This document shows positions 1-10,408 of a DNA stretch of 64,000 nt, piece after piece. The notes under the pieces were generated by a model that was given only the letters and a program-made list of their open reading frames with translations, had not been told where the DNA came from and made no database searches. Position numbers and translations under genes: made by a program. The number at the start of each line of letters is the position of its first letter. Position 1 is the stretch's first letter. Origin of the DNA: Candidatus Thorarchaeota archaeon (GTDB taxonomy: Archaea > Asgardarchaeota > Thorarchaeia > Thorarchaeales > Thorarchaeaceae); NCBI GenBank assembly GCA_048884965.1, contig JBHLQH010000001.1, forward strand, positions 192,001-256,000, in the 5' to 3' direction.

Positions 1-281
1 GCAAGTGTCTTCATAGAACATGGTGCGATGATCATGGAATCCAAATGAAAACTACCACTAGCAGGTCCTGCTGTTAGATCATCCTCTTCGTACGATATAT
101 CAACATCTCTAGCGATTTGGTCAATACTCAATCCTGTTTCATGTTGTAGGGTCTTCTCTCCCCATCTACTGACAATCAGATGGATCTCATGTCCTAATTC
201 CTTCAGGGCACGAATCACTTTCACACCATAGATGGCACCACTTGCACCTGTGAGAGCAACAAGTATTCGTTTTCTTTCCAT
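1..281 (-). CDS. ubiX: Flavin prenyltransferase UbiX (partial; runs off window start)
   Basis: Manual translation from ATG at 281: MERKRILVALTGASGAIYG...AGPASGSF...IIAPCSMKTL, typical UbiX motifs; not in ORF track. Confidence 0.9.
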   Translation of the reverse strand, partial: MERKRILVALTGASGAIYGVKVIRALKELGHEIHLIVSRWGEKTLQHETGLSIDQIARDVDISYEEDDLTAGPASGSFHLDSMIIAPCSMKTL

Positions 282-357
282 TTGGTTCCACTCTATCTGT
301 ATCCTTTCTTCTCGTGTCCTTTAGTTATTTTCTTTCCGGAATATCTCTAATTATCCA

Positions 358-2205
358 TCAAGCGAGAAAACTCAGGATGAGTGACAGTAGAAACGCCATT
401 CCACCAGAAGCAATCCCAATCCGTTTAGCTATTTTTGCTGCTTCTGCTACATCTTGAGTCAGTGTGTCAAATCCCTTTGTTCCGAAGGTTCTGATTCCTT
501 TTGCCTCTCCGAAGACAAGACCTACATCCACTTGACTCATCTTTCCCATAGCCAAAGCTGCCGCCTCAAGTATCGCCTCTAATACCTCATCAGGCTTATT
601 TTGACCAACAGGTGGATATCCTTTGCTTGAAAGGGAGATTGCGTTAACCAAATGAGTGTCAGTCGTGGTTACTTCAGCGGCATCAAACCCTTTCTTCAGG
701 AGCGCCTCTTGAACACGTTCTCTATATCCTGGTTCAACATTATTGCCATCGACAGAGACGATGACACTGGTTCTTCCTGCAACTTGCAGAACAACGGCAG
801 TGACTCCTCCGGGCCCCATACCTTCTTTTGAAGAGATAAAAGTAGGCACTATTTGATGGATTCCGATTGAGAGCCTTCCTCTTGCAGCCGTTTGATTCTC
901 AAGAATGGCATCTCTTACTGCCTCGATATATTCCCTCTCTTCTGTGTCCCCTGGCATAACGGAGACTGCATCATGATCTATGCAGTTGTGGGCATCTGAA
1001 AGCGCAACATACCGAATTCCGGATGCACTCTGTCTGGCAGCATCAGCCGCTGATTCACCTATCTCCAGAGCAATATCATCTGTGAACTCAGGTGCACTCG
1101 TTGTAATTGCCAATGCGTCATCTCCAGTGTAGAAAGTCCAGACTTTGAATTTGCCATGATCCGTCCAGTGAAGTCCCGATGCTGTTGAATGCACTTCCGC
1201 ACTCTCTATCAATCTATCAAGCTCGTCAAAGACTATTTGGTAATCTATCTTGTTCGTTAGGTTTTGGTGATGGGTACAAGTTCCGTGCAGTACAAAGGCT
1301 TGAACACCATGTCTTTCCTTGATATGTTGGATCACTCTCGATGGTAGTCCACTGCTTCCGATATCTCTGAATGGGCCAGGATGCACATAGAGAATCACGC
1401 CAACTGAAACAAGCTGCTTTCCTGATTTGAATACTAGAAGCTCCATTGGAACATCTTGGATAACGCTAATTTGGGTTAGTAGGGTTTCCAGTGGCTCCGG
1501 ATTCTCTGCAAGATAGTCGTATCCAAATGCACGAAGGAGCTCGGGTCCATTGATTCCTAAATCACGTTCAAATGGCACACTAACGGATCGGAAGATATAG
1601 TGGACCGCAATTGAACCTATCAATAAAATGAGTGTTACCGCGATATACCAAAATTGTGGGAGAATAGGGAGCATGGAGGTGAATGACGAAAGACCATATA
1701 GCAACATGATCCAAGTAATTGCAGGCATCATTGCCGCAATGAAATTCCTGATGGGATGATGGTCACTCAATCCTGTAACGAGGAATGAGAATGCTAGATA
1801 TCCCAGGCCCATTCCCCAAATCCACATATTGATTTCTATCTGTGTTTGAGCGATCAAATCAATTAAGCCGCCCAAGGTACCAATAAAGTACCAGAATATT
1901 ATCCCAAATTGAGCTGCCCCTAAGGCTCTTCTAGCATCTAGCGGCGAGCCCTGCTTTCGCACAAATAAGTAGAGTAGACTTGAGCCCACGAATGCTGCTG
2001 AGAAGAGCAGGACTCCATAATAGAAGAATGCTTCAAGTCCGGATACCAGACTAATTTGCACTGCCCGAAAGAGAGCGAACAATCCTGAAGATACAAGAGC
2101 CATTGCGATGGTTCTGACTATGATTCCCCTATAGGTAGGTAGTTGCCAGACTTTCGAGTAGAGTCGGACTGTTTCTTTTACCTTCGCTTGTTCACCCATT
2201 GCCAA
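358..2205 (-). CDS. DUF2070-family archaeal membrane protein
   Basis: About 6 N-terminal TMs, then HPGPF, HGTCTH, DAHN, DGNN, TTDTH motifs and a C-terminal TM. Confidence 0.75.
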   Translation of the reverse strand: MAMGEQAKVKETVRLYSKVWQLPTYRGIIVRTIAMALVSSGLFALFRAVQISLVSGLEAFFYYGVLLFSAAFVGSSLLYLFVRKQGSPLDARRALGAAQFGIIFWYFIGTLGGLIDLIAQTQIEINMWIWGMGLGYLAFSFLVTGLSDHHPIRNFIAAMMPAITWIMLLYGLSSFTSMLPILPQFWYIAVTLILLIGSIAVHYIFRSVSVPFERDLGINGPELLRAFGYDYLAENPEPLETLLTQISVIQDVPMELLVFKSGKQLVSVGVILYVHPGPFRDIGSSGLPSRVIQHIKERHGVQAFVLHGTCTHHQNLTNKIDYQIVFDELDRLIESAEVHSTASGLHWTDHGKFKVWTFYTGDDALAITTSAPEFTDDIALEIGESAADAARQSASGIRYVALSDAHNCIDHDAVSVMPGDTEEREYIEAVRDAILENQTAARGRLSIGIHQIVPTFISSKEGMGPGGVTAVVLQVAGRTSVIVSVDGNNVEPGYRERVQEALLKKGFDAAEVTTTDTHLVNAISLSSKGYPPVGQNKPDEVLEAILEAAALAMGKMSQVDVGLVFGEAKGIRTFGTKGFDTLTQDVAEAAKIAKRIGIASGGMAFLLSLILSFLA

Positions 2206-2293
2206 CCCTCTTAGAATGACTCAGTGCCAGAACTCATTCTTATCAAACTTACCATAGGTTAACATCAGGTCCAAAAAGGCACAAAACATTATC

Positions 2294-2324
2294 TTTATAT
2301 CGCATTCGATAATCGCATTCGATA
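2294..2324 (+). promoter_or_regulatory. TATA box overlapped by tandem palindromic operator (probable PadR site)
   Basis: TTTATAT at 2294 overlapping a perfect tandem ATCGCATTCGATA x2 (2299-2311, 2312-2324); each unit is ATCG-N4-CGAT. Confidence 0.65.
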
Positions 2325-2342
2325 ATAACTCTGTGAGTTGAT

Positions 2343-2891
2343 TTGATGCCAAAGGATAGTTCCAGCACACAGGAAAGCTGTGAGAGCGTTAGAATGCCTC
2401 ACTCGATGCCTCGTGGATTCCTTCGTTTAGTGATTCTACGACTATTGAAGAATCGGGAGATGTCTGGAACTGATATCATGAATATACTTGACGAGAGGAC
2501 TGAAGGTCGCTGGCAACCAAGTCCGGGTTCGATGTACCCAATGCTTTCCTCATTGGAGGCGACAGGTTCTATCGAAGTCGTTCGGACTGAGGGACGAAGC
2601 AAGATCTACAAAATATCTGAGGCTGGACTTGAACAGCTTAGAGCTACGTTCAAGAATAAGGGTGACCTCGGAGAGAAAGCAAGTATGGGCCCTCGGTTAT
2701 GGGAGAAACTCTTGGAACCTGTTGATAGAGCACGTTTCAATGCGACTGTAATCGGGCATCACTTTGAATCGTTGAGTGAGGTCATTGAGCAACTCACTGA
2801 TATCCAAAAGCAGAAACTACTGCAACATTTAGAATTACATAAGGAGCAACTTGGAAAGCTCATTGATTTATTGAAGAAGGATGTGCAATAA
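2343..2891 (+). CDS. PadR-family transcriptional regulator
   Basis: GFLRLVILRLL...WQPSPGSMYPML...KIYKISEAG, PadR winged helix. Confidence 0.9.
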   Translation: MMPKDSSSTQESCESVRMPHSMPRGFLRLVILRLLKNREMSGTDIMNILDERTEGRWQPSPGSMYPMLSSLEATGSIEVVRTEGRSKIYKISEAGLEQLRATFKNKGDLGEKASMGPRLWEKLLEPVDRARFNATVIGHHFESLSEVIEQLTDIQKQKLLQHLELHKEQLGKLIDLLKKDVQ

Positions 2892-4745
2892 ATGACTACG
2901 ACTGATGATTGCAAAGAGGAACGCAAGTGCAGTCCTACAAGCTACATGCTCGGAGGACTTCGAAAGCATCCGTTATCAATTTCATTCGCAACTTTTCTGA
3001 CAATCGTTTCAACACTTTTAGTGACAATTCCAACTCTGATAGTTGGTTGGGCTGTTGATGAACTCGAAATTGGTGGCATGAGTATGCAGTTCGTCATCTA
3101 TGTGTGGTGGATAATCGCTCTTGCTTTGGTCTACATGGGTCTCTACTTTGTAGTGGGATATGTCTGGGCGGTAGTAACATTGCAATGGGAAAGAGATGCC
3201 CGTCAAGACTTCTTTGAGGCATTGCAGGATTATAGTATGACCTTCCACGACGAAGTAGATAGCAAACGCCTCCTATCGGTAGCGATGCAGGATATCAATT
3301 GGGTTCGGATGTCAATTAACCCTGCTTTCAGGAATATTCTAGGCGCGTTTACCTCCATAGCGATTACAGTAATCTTTCTGGCAGCCATTGATCAGACTCC
3401 CGGACTTATAGTATTCTTCGTTATCCCGATATTTAATCTGAAAGTCGGGGTATTCACATTGATTCTTCTCATCGGAATCCCTCTCTATCTGGCATTTGCC
3501 TATCGATACGCAAATGCTGTTGAACCTGTCCGAAGACAACGTTCTGAAGATATCGAAACCCTCACATCCATATCTCAAGGAGTATTCAGAGGCATAGAGG
3601 TTGTCAGAGCATTCGGTGCGGAAAAGCGAGAAGAACAGAAGTTCACTGATGCAAGCAAGGAATATCAGAAGATGGTCGCTAAAGAAGGCAAACTCGCGGC
3701 ATTCTATATTCCCGCCTTAGTGCTTACAGCTATGACCACAGGAGCATTCTTTTACAGTGGATTTGCAACTTGGACATTGGTAATCTCTACAGGTACTATG
3801 ATTCAGATTCTAGGACTCTTGTCCGCTTTAGAAGGTATGAATTTCTTCCTTCCACGAATGCTATTAATGCTCAGAGGTGGATATGTCAATGCTGCTCGTA
3901 TAGTAGACATTCTAACTTGGAGGGATCCCATGGTTGAACCTGACACAGAGATTGGAGATGTCAACTGGTTGGGTGCCATATCATTTCAAGATGTTAGTTT
4001 CTCCTACACCAATAACGGAGAAACGAATCATTATGCTCTGAAAGATTTCAGTATTGACATCCCTGGTGGTTCCCGAGTTGCTTTGATAGGAGGTCCTGGT
4101 GGAGGGAAGTCCACTTTCTTGAAGTTGCTGCTTAGGTTATATGATCCGACTAGCGGATCCATCAGAGTTGGAAAGGTGAATCTACGAGACATTACTACCA
4201 AAACAGTTCGTGACAATGTTGGACTTGTAGAGCAAGATATCTTCCTATTCAGGATGAGTATTCATGATAATATTGCATTTGGCCGAACGGATGCGACTCG
4301 TGAAGAGGTCATCGAGGCGGCAAAACGAGCACAAGCTCATGAGTTTATAATCGAGCTTGAAGATGGCTATGATAGTATCATCGGGGAACGTGGTATGACT
4401 TTGAGTGGAGGCCAACGCCAAAGGTTAGCGATTGCGCGAGCACTCATCCAAGATCCCAAAATCCTGCTTCTCGATGACTCAGTTAGTGCAGTAGATGCAC
4501 AAACCGAATTCCTAATGCGAAAAGCGCTGGATGAAGTTATGGTGGGACGTACTAGCATAACGGTTACGCAGCGATTACGGACTCTTATTGAGTCTGATCT
4601 TGTTATCATCTTGGATAAGGGTCAGCTAGTTGCTGCAGGTTGTCATAAAGATCTACTACGCGACTCTGAGCACTATCGTCGTATCTTTGAGCGTCTTCCT
4701 GGGGCGCATGCACTACTTGCAAGTGTATCTGGAGGTGGCCAATAA
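2892..4745 (+). CDS. Heterodimeric ABC exporter subunit (TMD+NBD, degenerate site)
   Basis: 6 TMs; GGPGGGKST; LSGGQRQ; Walker B LLDD (E to D) and switch VTQR (H to Q) as in TM287/TmrB-type subunits. Confidence 0.92.
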   Translation: MTTTDDCKEERKCSPTSYMLGGLRKHPLSISFATFLTIVSTLLVTIPTLIVGWAVDELEIGGMSMQFVIYVWWIIALALVYMGLYFVVGYVWAVVTLQWERDARQDFFEALQDYSMTFHDEVDSKRLLSVAMQDINWVRMSINPAFRNILGAFTSIAITVIFLAAIDQTPGLIVFFVIPIFNLKVGVFTLILLIGIPLYLAFAYRYANAVEPVRRQRSEDIETLTSISQGVFRGIEVVRAFGAEKREEQKFTDASKEYQKMVAKEGKLAAFYIPALVLTAMTTGAFFYSGFATWTLVISTGTMIQILGLLSALEGMNFFLPRMLLMLRGGYVNAARIVDILTWRDPMVEPDTEIGDVNWLGAISFQDVSFSYTNNGETNHYALKDFSIDIPGGSRVALIGGPGGGKSTFLKLLLRLYDPTSGSIRVGKVNLRDITTKTVRDNVGLVEQDIFLFRMSIHDNIAFGRTDATREEVIEAAKRAQAHEFIIELEDGYDSIIGERGMTLSGGQRQRLAIARALIQDPKILLLDDSVSAVDAQTEFLMRKALDEVMVGRTSITVTQRLRTLIESDLVIILDKGQLVAAGCHKDLLRDSEHYRRIFERLPGAHALLASVSGGGQ

Positions 4746-6814
4746 TGGGAATGAGTGGTCATGGTGGCCCTAGAGGTCTTATGGGTGGAAAAGACACTCG
4801 TAGCAGACCGGTACGAGTTTTGTTAGGTCGGATGGTTACCTATCTAGGTAAGTTCCGACGTATCGTAGCCATTGGTGCACTTCTATCACTAATTGCTACT
4901 GTGCTATCAGTTGTCAATCCTCTGATATTACAAGTTGGGATTGACGCAGTGCTTGTTGAAGCAAGTACCTTGGATGTAATCCTCTTCCTTACAGGACTAT
5001 ATCTGGTGATCCGAATTCTATCCTGGGTATTAGGCAGTCTCAATGTTTGGATTCTAGCTGATGCACAAGCAGGATTTGTTCAGAATGTACAGGAAGATGT
5101 TTACAATCATCTGGTCGAAGCTGATCTATCCTACCATAAATCCCAACAGAGTGGAAACGTCACATCAAGGGTGACGACAGATGTGGTATCGCTCGGAACG
5201 GGAATCCAGGTCCTTATCGATTTTGCGTCCCAGATTTTAATGATTGTAGCAACATTCTTCCTATTATGGACTGCATCACCACTTATTGCATTAACTTCAC
5301 TAGTCGTAGTCCCTGGTGTTATATTCATCACCATTCTCTTTGGCTCTGTTGGTCAGAAGATCATGCTGGCGTCACAGAGGGCCTATGGCAAGGTTTCTGG
5401 TCAGATAGCTGAGAATCTCAGTGGAATACACATTGCTAAGGCATTCAATAGAGAAGAAGAGCTCGCTGAAGAGATGTCAGAATTGAATCAGCAGGCATAT
5501 CACCATGGTTTCAGATTCATGATCCTGATGAGTGCAATGCAGCCTCTTGTCCGAGGCATTGGACAACTCGGAATTGCCGCGGTGCTATTTGTTTCAGGTT
5601 CTCTTGCTGTTGGAACACTCGCTGTTCTTACACCCGGTCAGGTATTTCTGGGCGTTACACTTGTTGGTACATTTATGTGGCCTTTACTTGGTCTATCGAT
5701 GATGTTCTCTCAGGTACAAGCGTCACTTGCAGCAATGGACAGAATATCTGATGTACTTGAATCTGATAGGGCTATTATCGATAGTCCTGAAGCAATTCCT
5801 TTGAATCCTGAGAATGATGGGATCGTTTTCGATAGCGTGACATTCTCATATATCGAGGGAACAGAGGTATTGAAAGATGTGAGCTTTGAGATTCTACCTG
5901 GTGAACTTGTTGCCGTCGTAGGACATACAGGAGCTGGAAAGACAACATTAGCTGCTCTAGTAAATCGATTCTATGACCCTGCCTCAGGAAGGATAATGAT
6001 TGGGAACCAAGACCTCCGTGGAATCACACTTGAATCACTTCATGATACAGTTTCTTTGATCCCCCAAGAACCCTACCTCTTCGATGGAACAGTGATGGAG
6101 AACATACGGTACGGGAAGCCAGCCGCGACGGATGAAGATATCATCAATCTGTGTAAAATCATCGGAGCGAATGAGTTCATTGATGTCCTCGCTGAGGGTT
6201 ACGACACCATAATACTTGAGAGTGGGAAGAATCTAAGTGCAGGACAAAGGCAGATGATCACTATTGCCCGAACGATGCTTGCAGATCCAAAGATCCTGAT
6301 TCTAGACGAAGCTACAAGTCGACTCGACGCCTATAGCGAATCATTGGTACAGGATGCACAGGCTCAGTTGTTCGCAAACAGGACGACCATTGTTATTGCG
6401 CACAGACTCACCACAATTGCCAATGCCTCACGTGTCTTTGTGTTCGATCATGGAAAGCTAATAGAGCAAGGTACACACAAGCAATTGCTTGAGTTGGATG
6501 GAACCTTCAAAGCCCTCTATGAAACATACTATGCTCACCAAGGCATAGAAGAGATTACTGAGGAGGCCGCTGAACAGGCTAAATCCGAGGTATCAAAATA
6601 TGGTGAGCCTGAGATTCCAGCTGCTGGACCTGGAATGGGCGGTGGAATGATGGGCATGATGGGTGGTATGGGTCCGATGGCTGGAGGAATGGATCCAAAG
6701 CAGATGTTAGAGCGATTCAAAAAGATGCCTCCAGATCAACGGAAACACATCTTGGAAATGATGCCCCCTGAAATGAGAGAGCGTATTGAGAAAGCACTAG
6801 AAACGTCTGACTAG
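4745..6814 (+). CDS. Heterodimeric ABC exporter subunit (TMD+NBD, consensus site), Gly/Met-rich C-tail
   Basis: GHTGAGKTT, LSAGQRQ, ILDEATS, IAHRL; TAATG stop/start overlap with upstream gene. Confidence 0.92.
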   Translation: MGMSGHGGPRGLMGGKDTRSRPVRVLLGRMVTYLGKFRRIVAIGALLSLIATVLSVVNPLILQVGIDAVLVEASTLDVILFLTGLYLVIRILSWVLGSLNVWILADAQAGFVQNVQEDVYNHLVEADLSYHKSQQSGNVTSRVTTDVVSLGTGIQVLIDFASQILMIVATFFLLWTASPLIALTSLVVVPGVIFITILFGSVGQKIMLASQRAYGKVSGQIAENLSGIHIAKAFNREEELAEEMSELNQQAYHHGFRFMILMSAMQPLVRGIGQLGIAAVLFVSGSLAVGTLAVLTPGQVFLGVTLVGTFMWPLLGLSMMFSQVQASLAAMDRISDVLESDRAIIDSPEAIPLNPENDGIVFDSVTFSYIEGTEVLKDVSFEILPGELVAVVGHTGAGKTTLAALVNRFYDPASGRIMIGNQDLRGITLESLHDTVSLIPQEPYLFDGTVMENIRYGKPAATDEDIINLCKIIGANEFIDVLAEGYDTIILESGKNLSAGQRQMITIARTMLADPKILILDEATSRLDAYSESLVQDAQAQLFANRTTIVIAHRLTTIANASRVFVFDHGKLIEQGTHKQLLELDGTFKALYETYYAHQGIEEITEEAAEQAKSEVSKYGEPEIPAAGPGMGGGMMGMMGGMGPMAGGMDPKQMLERFKKMPPDQRKHILEMMPPEMRERIEKALETSD

Positions 6815-7590
6815 AGCGCCTCTATCAGACGTTCTCCCTTTCCTATTAGGAATATTGAGAATCCAATTAGCCAGTACGCGATTGCTGCCATAATCTGCAT
6901 AGCAGGAGTTGCGTAGCTCGGGAAGATTGAACTCCAGATGATGGTCCTTGCAAGCAGTGCCAAGGTGCCAATGATTGAGAGTAGCAGCGGAAGGCTGAAG
7001 AATCCCTTTCTGAAGTGATAAAGAATGATAAGATTGGAGATTACCACAATTGTTAGTCCTATCTCAAGAAGTATAGTAACAATCAGATGACTCCACAACA
7101 TAGCGCTACTCAAGAGAATGAATACCTGAACCACTATGTATGGAATTGCTGAGAGTATCAGGATTAGAGGCATGATGAGTTTCTTGTCTGAGAACTCTAG
7201 AACACTATTTGTTGCATAGAGATAGAATACGACCCCTTCTACCCAAAGCAGTACGCCTATTAATTGCACCAAACCTATTGCTATCTGGTAGCTTGCTGCA
7301 ATCCCCAAAACCTCAACGCTAATTCCTAGAATCTCAGCTATCGAAAAGAAGAGTACTGCAATGGCTAGATTTGTCTGAAGCATATGGAATTTATCATCAT
7401 TGAGGATTCCCTCTCTCGCAAAAAGAAGTAATCCAGTGAGTGACATAAGTATACCAATAGCTACGACGAGGCTGGAAGAAAGAATGAATGAGAGTGTTTC
7501 ATCAGCAAAGAATGAGATTGTAGATATCACAAGAATAAGCAAGCCTGCCATAATAAATGGAATGATTTGCTTCTTCAGATGCTGATACAA
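6811..7590 (-). CDS. Multi-pass (7-8 TM) membrane protein, unknown function
   Basis: Hydrophobic segments throughout; GAGGAGG SD before TTG start. Confidence 0.7.
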   Translation of the reverse strand: MYQHLKKQIIPFIMAGLLILVISTISFFADETLSFILSSSLVVAIGILMSLTGLLLFAREGILNDDKFHMLQTNLAIAVLFFSIAEILGISVEVLGIAASYQIAIGLVQLIGVLLWVEGVVFYLYATNSVLEFSDKKLIMPLILILSAIPYIVVQVFILLSSAMLWSHLIVTILLEIGLTIVVISNLIILYHFRKGFFSLPLLLSIIGTLALLARTIIWSSIFPSYATPAMQIMAAIAYWLIGFSIFLIGKGERLIEAL

Positions 7591-7659
7591 TCATTTTCCT
7601 CCTCAGACATACTATCGCGGAACTACCTTGGAATTATATATTGTGCTGATATCCATAGC

Positions 7660-8853
7660 CTATGCAGTCAACTGCTCCCACTGCACCTCGTTAGCAATTC
7701 TTGGATATATTTGCTCAAGTTCGTCACGGGTTCGAGCAACTACAACATTTATTGGATGTGCTCCGATTAGGAGACTCACTCTTTTCGTAACGAACTGCAT
7801 TAGAGCTCTTAATCCATCAATGAGGACATCTGGAAGTATCTTGCTTTTGATTGCCGCACTGGATAAGGAGCTTCGAATCTCAACATCAACACCATTCTCA
7901 AGATCGATAAAGGTGAGCCAAGTATAGTTCTCAGCTAATGCTTGTCGCGAATCAAAGAAAATCTGTCTTGTCATTTTCCTACCAAGAAGCACTGAACAAC
8001 TTCTCAAAATCTCCTGCAACACATTCGAATGCTGAACTAAGATAGCCTGTGCTTCAGAAACTCGTTCTACTGCATCGCGCTCAGCAAGAATGGCTATCTC
8101 TTCAAGAAACCTCCGTAGGTCAGTCGTCTTTACTCTCTCAGCCGCTATTGCTAATGGTGTTTCACCATCTAGTTGACTCAGTGCCGCAGTAGTTTCAGGA
8201 GAAACCCCATCAATATAGTCCCCTGTTCTCTCTAGAGATGTAGTCTGGTAGATATCATCTGGACGAACAGGAGTGGAAAGAACAACAGCTTTCTCCCAAA
8301 TGGCATTCGCGACGATATTGGCAACAACTTCCAATGGCATCTCAAGGAACTTGGCTGCATCTTTCACCGAAATGGTTTCAGGCAGAAGTTTGAGGAAGGA
8401 TACGACCTCTGGATCTCTGACATAGAGATCCCAATTCAACTTCTGACGAATGTGACTTTCTGGAGTAATCTGACAACGAAGAAGCTCTGAGATCACATGT
8501 TTCTCGAACCTACTATATACTGCCAAGTCCATCTCGACCCAACGAAGCAGATTGAATTGCTCCTCGAAGATTACGATGAGATTACGAAGTCGTTCACGGA
8601 TTATCTCGTCATCTTCAGATGCTGCAATCGCACCCAGTGTCCATTCTCCAAATTCGACGAGGATTTTGTAGTCAGTACCTTCGAACGCTCGAGCCCTGGA
8701 AGAAATCGATTGATTTGCTTCGTCGAAAAAAGATGTCATGGCACTGATGAATGAAGAAATGAGGTCTGGGTCGAAGATGGCCTCTACGAAGTCTTTGTGA
8801 TACATGCAAACGCCTGTTTCGCGTTTTATGATGTACATGCTCTTTATGTTCAT
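7660..8853 (-). CDS. Longin-domain protein with tandem winged helices (NPRL2/NPRL3-like)
   Basis: N-terminal IKSMYIIKRETGVCMYHKDF...DPDLISSFISAMTSFF is the Asgard longin pattern; two later HTH-like repeats. Confidence 0.65.
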   Translation of the reverse strand: MNIKSMYIIKRETGVCMYHKDFVEAIFDPDLISSFISAMTSFFDEANQSISSRARAFEGTDYKILVEFGEWTLGAIAASEDDEIIRERLRNLIVIFEEQFNLLRWVEMDLAVYSRFEKHVISELLRCQITPESHIRQKLNWDLYVRDPEVVSFLKLLPETISVKDAAKFLEMPLEVVANIVANAIWEKAVVLSTPVRPDDIYQTTSLERTGDYIDGVSPETTAALSQLDGETPLAIAAERVKTTDLRRFLEEIAILAERDAVERVSEAQAILVQHSNVLQEILRSCSVLLGRKMTRQIFFDSRQALAENYTWLTFIDLENGVDVEIRSSLSSAAIKSKILPDVLIDGLRALMQFVTKRVSLLIGAHPINVVVARTRDELEQIYPRIANEVQWEQLTA

Positions 8854-8999
8854 GAAGGAAATTCCTCACTCATTCACCTAATGTCTAGCAAGCCACATTC
8901 CAAAAATAGGAATGGAGGAGGAAGTATTAATCTTATTAGGGATGTATTAGTTTGTTCCCTTTCATTAGTCCTATAAGGGTTCAAATCTGACGTGAGATT

Positions 9000-9608
9000 A
9001 TGACTCCCGAAGAGCTAGCCCTCACATGCCCGATATGCGGTTCTGCCAAGTTTGCAGTGCAATCCATGCTCTACAGCGTTCCGTTCTTCCATGAGCTAGC
9101 GATGTTCACAATGAAGTGCAATGAATGCAATTTCGCACATAACGACGTATTTTCCGCAGAAGAACGACCTCCTATGAGATGGACGCTGAAAGTCAATGAA
9201 CCTGAGCTACTCAATACAAGAGTTGTACGTTCTGGGTCAGGTACTATTCGTTTTCCTGAATTCGGGATTACTATTGAGCCTGGTCCTACCGCTGATTCAT
9301 ACATCTCAAATGTTGAGGGTGTTCTCTACAGGACGCGTCCCGTTGTTGAGTCTGCTGTTAGATTTGCTGAGAAGGAATCAGAGAGGACTCGCGGTCTGGA
9401 GGTCCTCGAGATGATGATATCAGCAATTCGAGGAGAATTTGAGTTCACGATGATCATCGAGGATCCTATGGGCGTAAGTGGTATACTACCTGAGGATATG
9501 AGGTTGGTCAAGAGAGAGGAACTCAGCAGAGAGGAAGCATCCAAACTTCGAGGTGCTCCAGCATGGCTCGATACAGCTCGAGAACAGTATCACGAGCGTA
9601 AGGGTTAA
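9000..9608 (+). CDS. ZPR1-type zinc finger protein
   Basis: CPICG...VPFF...CNECNF, LNTRVVRS, IEPGP, ISNVEGVL, IEDPMG. Confidence 0.9.
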   Translation: MTPEELALTCPICGSAKFAVQSMLYSVPFFHELAMFTMKCNECNFAHNDVFSAEERPPMRWTLKVNEPELLNTRVVRSGSGTIRFPEFGITIEPGPTADSYISNVEGVLYRTRPVVESAVRFAEKESERTRGLEVLEMMISAIRGEFEFTMIIEDPMGVSGILPEDMRLVKREELSREEASKLRGAPAWLDTAREQYHERKG

Positions 9609-9639
9609 AACGGTGGCATTAAGTTTTCACGGTACACGT

Positions 9640-9716
9640 GGGCCGGTAGATTAGCCCGGCAGATCGCATGGTTTGCATCCATGAGGCCGCGAGTTCAAAT
9701 CTCGCCCGGTCCACCA
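9640..9716 (+). tRNA. tRNA-Ala(TGC), intronless, CCA encoded
   Basis: Acceptor GGGCCGG/CCGGTCC with G3-U70; anticodon arm CATGG-TTTGCAT-CCATG; T arm GCGAG-TTCAAAT-CTCGC; ends ACCA. Confidence 0.96.
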
Positions 9717-9844
9717 TCTCCTTCATTATTGTCCATTTTTCATTGATGAAATTACTTTTGGTTCTTAGCGGAGGTCATGTGCATTGCAAGTGATAGCGAA
9801 CAACATATCTGAAATCTTGCATAATTGTAGCATAGGAATCAGTA

Positions 9845-10408
9845 ATGGGATCATTCGAAAAGAAGTGGCATATGGGGAAGAAACATGCTGCTAGTATCAG
9901 TGTCATCATTACCTTGGCGGTAATTGCTCCACTACTTGCAATTCAAATAACTGGACTCGGTATGCCCCACACCGGAAAGATCGATTTGACAACATCTGTT
10001 CTCCATTGGTTTAATGGTACAATGATACTCGAATGTGATGATGGATACACCGAGAGGATATACATCCGATATCCAGATAATCTACCTCCTTTGGGTCCTG
10101 ATGAACTTGTACAAACTGGGTCATTGGTGAACCGTGATTTTACGAAGTCAACTCTTTGTACTCTCACATTCTCTATCCCTGTCCTGGGATTGACCTTGGG
10201 ACCTTTTCAATTCCAATCATATCAAAGCAAAATCCTCTACCAAGATGATGACGAGAATATGATTGAGTGGGTTGTTATGGAATCTCAGGCAAATGACATG
10301 TCAAATTCAAGGATGAGTTGTGGATTCATAACCTGCTTTTCAGATGAAATGAAAAGATTACCCTTGTTTGATGGGTATGAGAATCTCGCCAGTAGGCAGA
10401 TTAAGTAG
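9845..10408 (+). CDS. Hypothetical membrane-anchored protein
   Basis: N-terminal hydrophobic helix, beta-rich remainder. Confidence 0.55.
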   Translation: MGSFEKKWHMGKKHAASISVIITLAVIAPLLAIQITGLGMPHTGKIDLTTSVLHWFNGTMILECDDGYTERIYIRYPDNLPPLGPDELVQTGSLVNRDFTKSTLCTLTFSIPVLGLTLGPFQFQSYQSKILYQDDDENMIEWVVMESQANDMSNSRMSCGFITCFSDEMKRLPLFDGYENLASRQIK

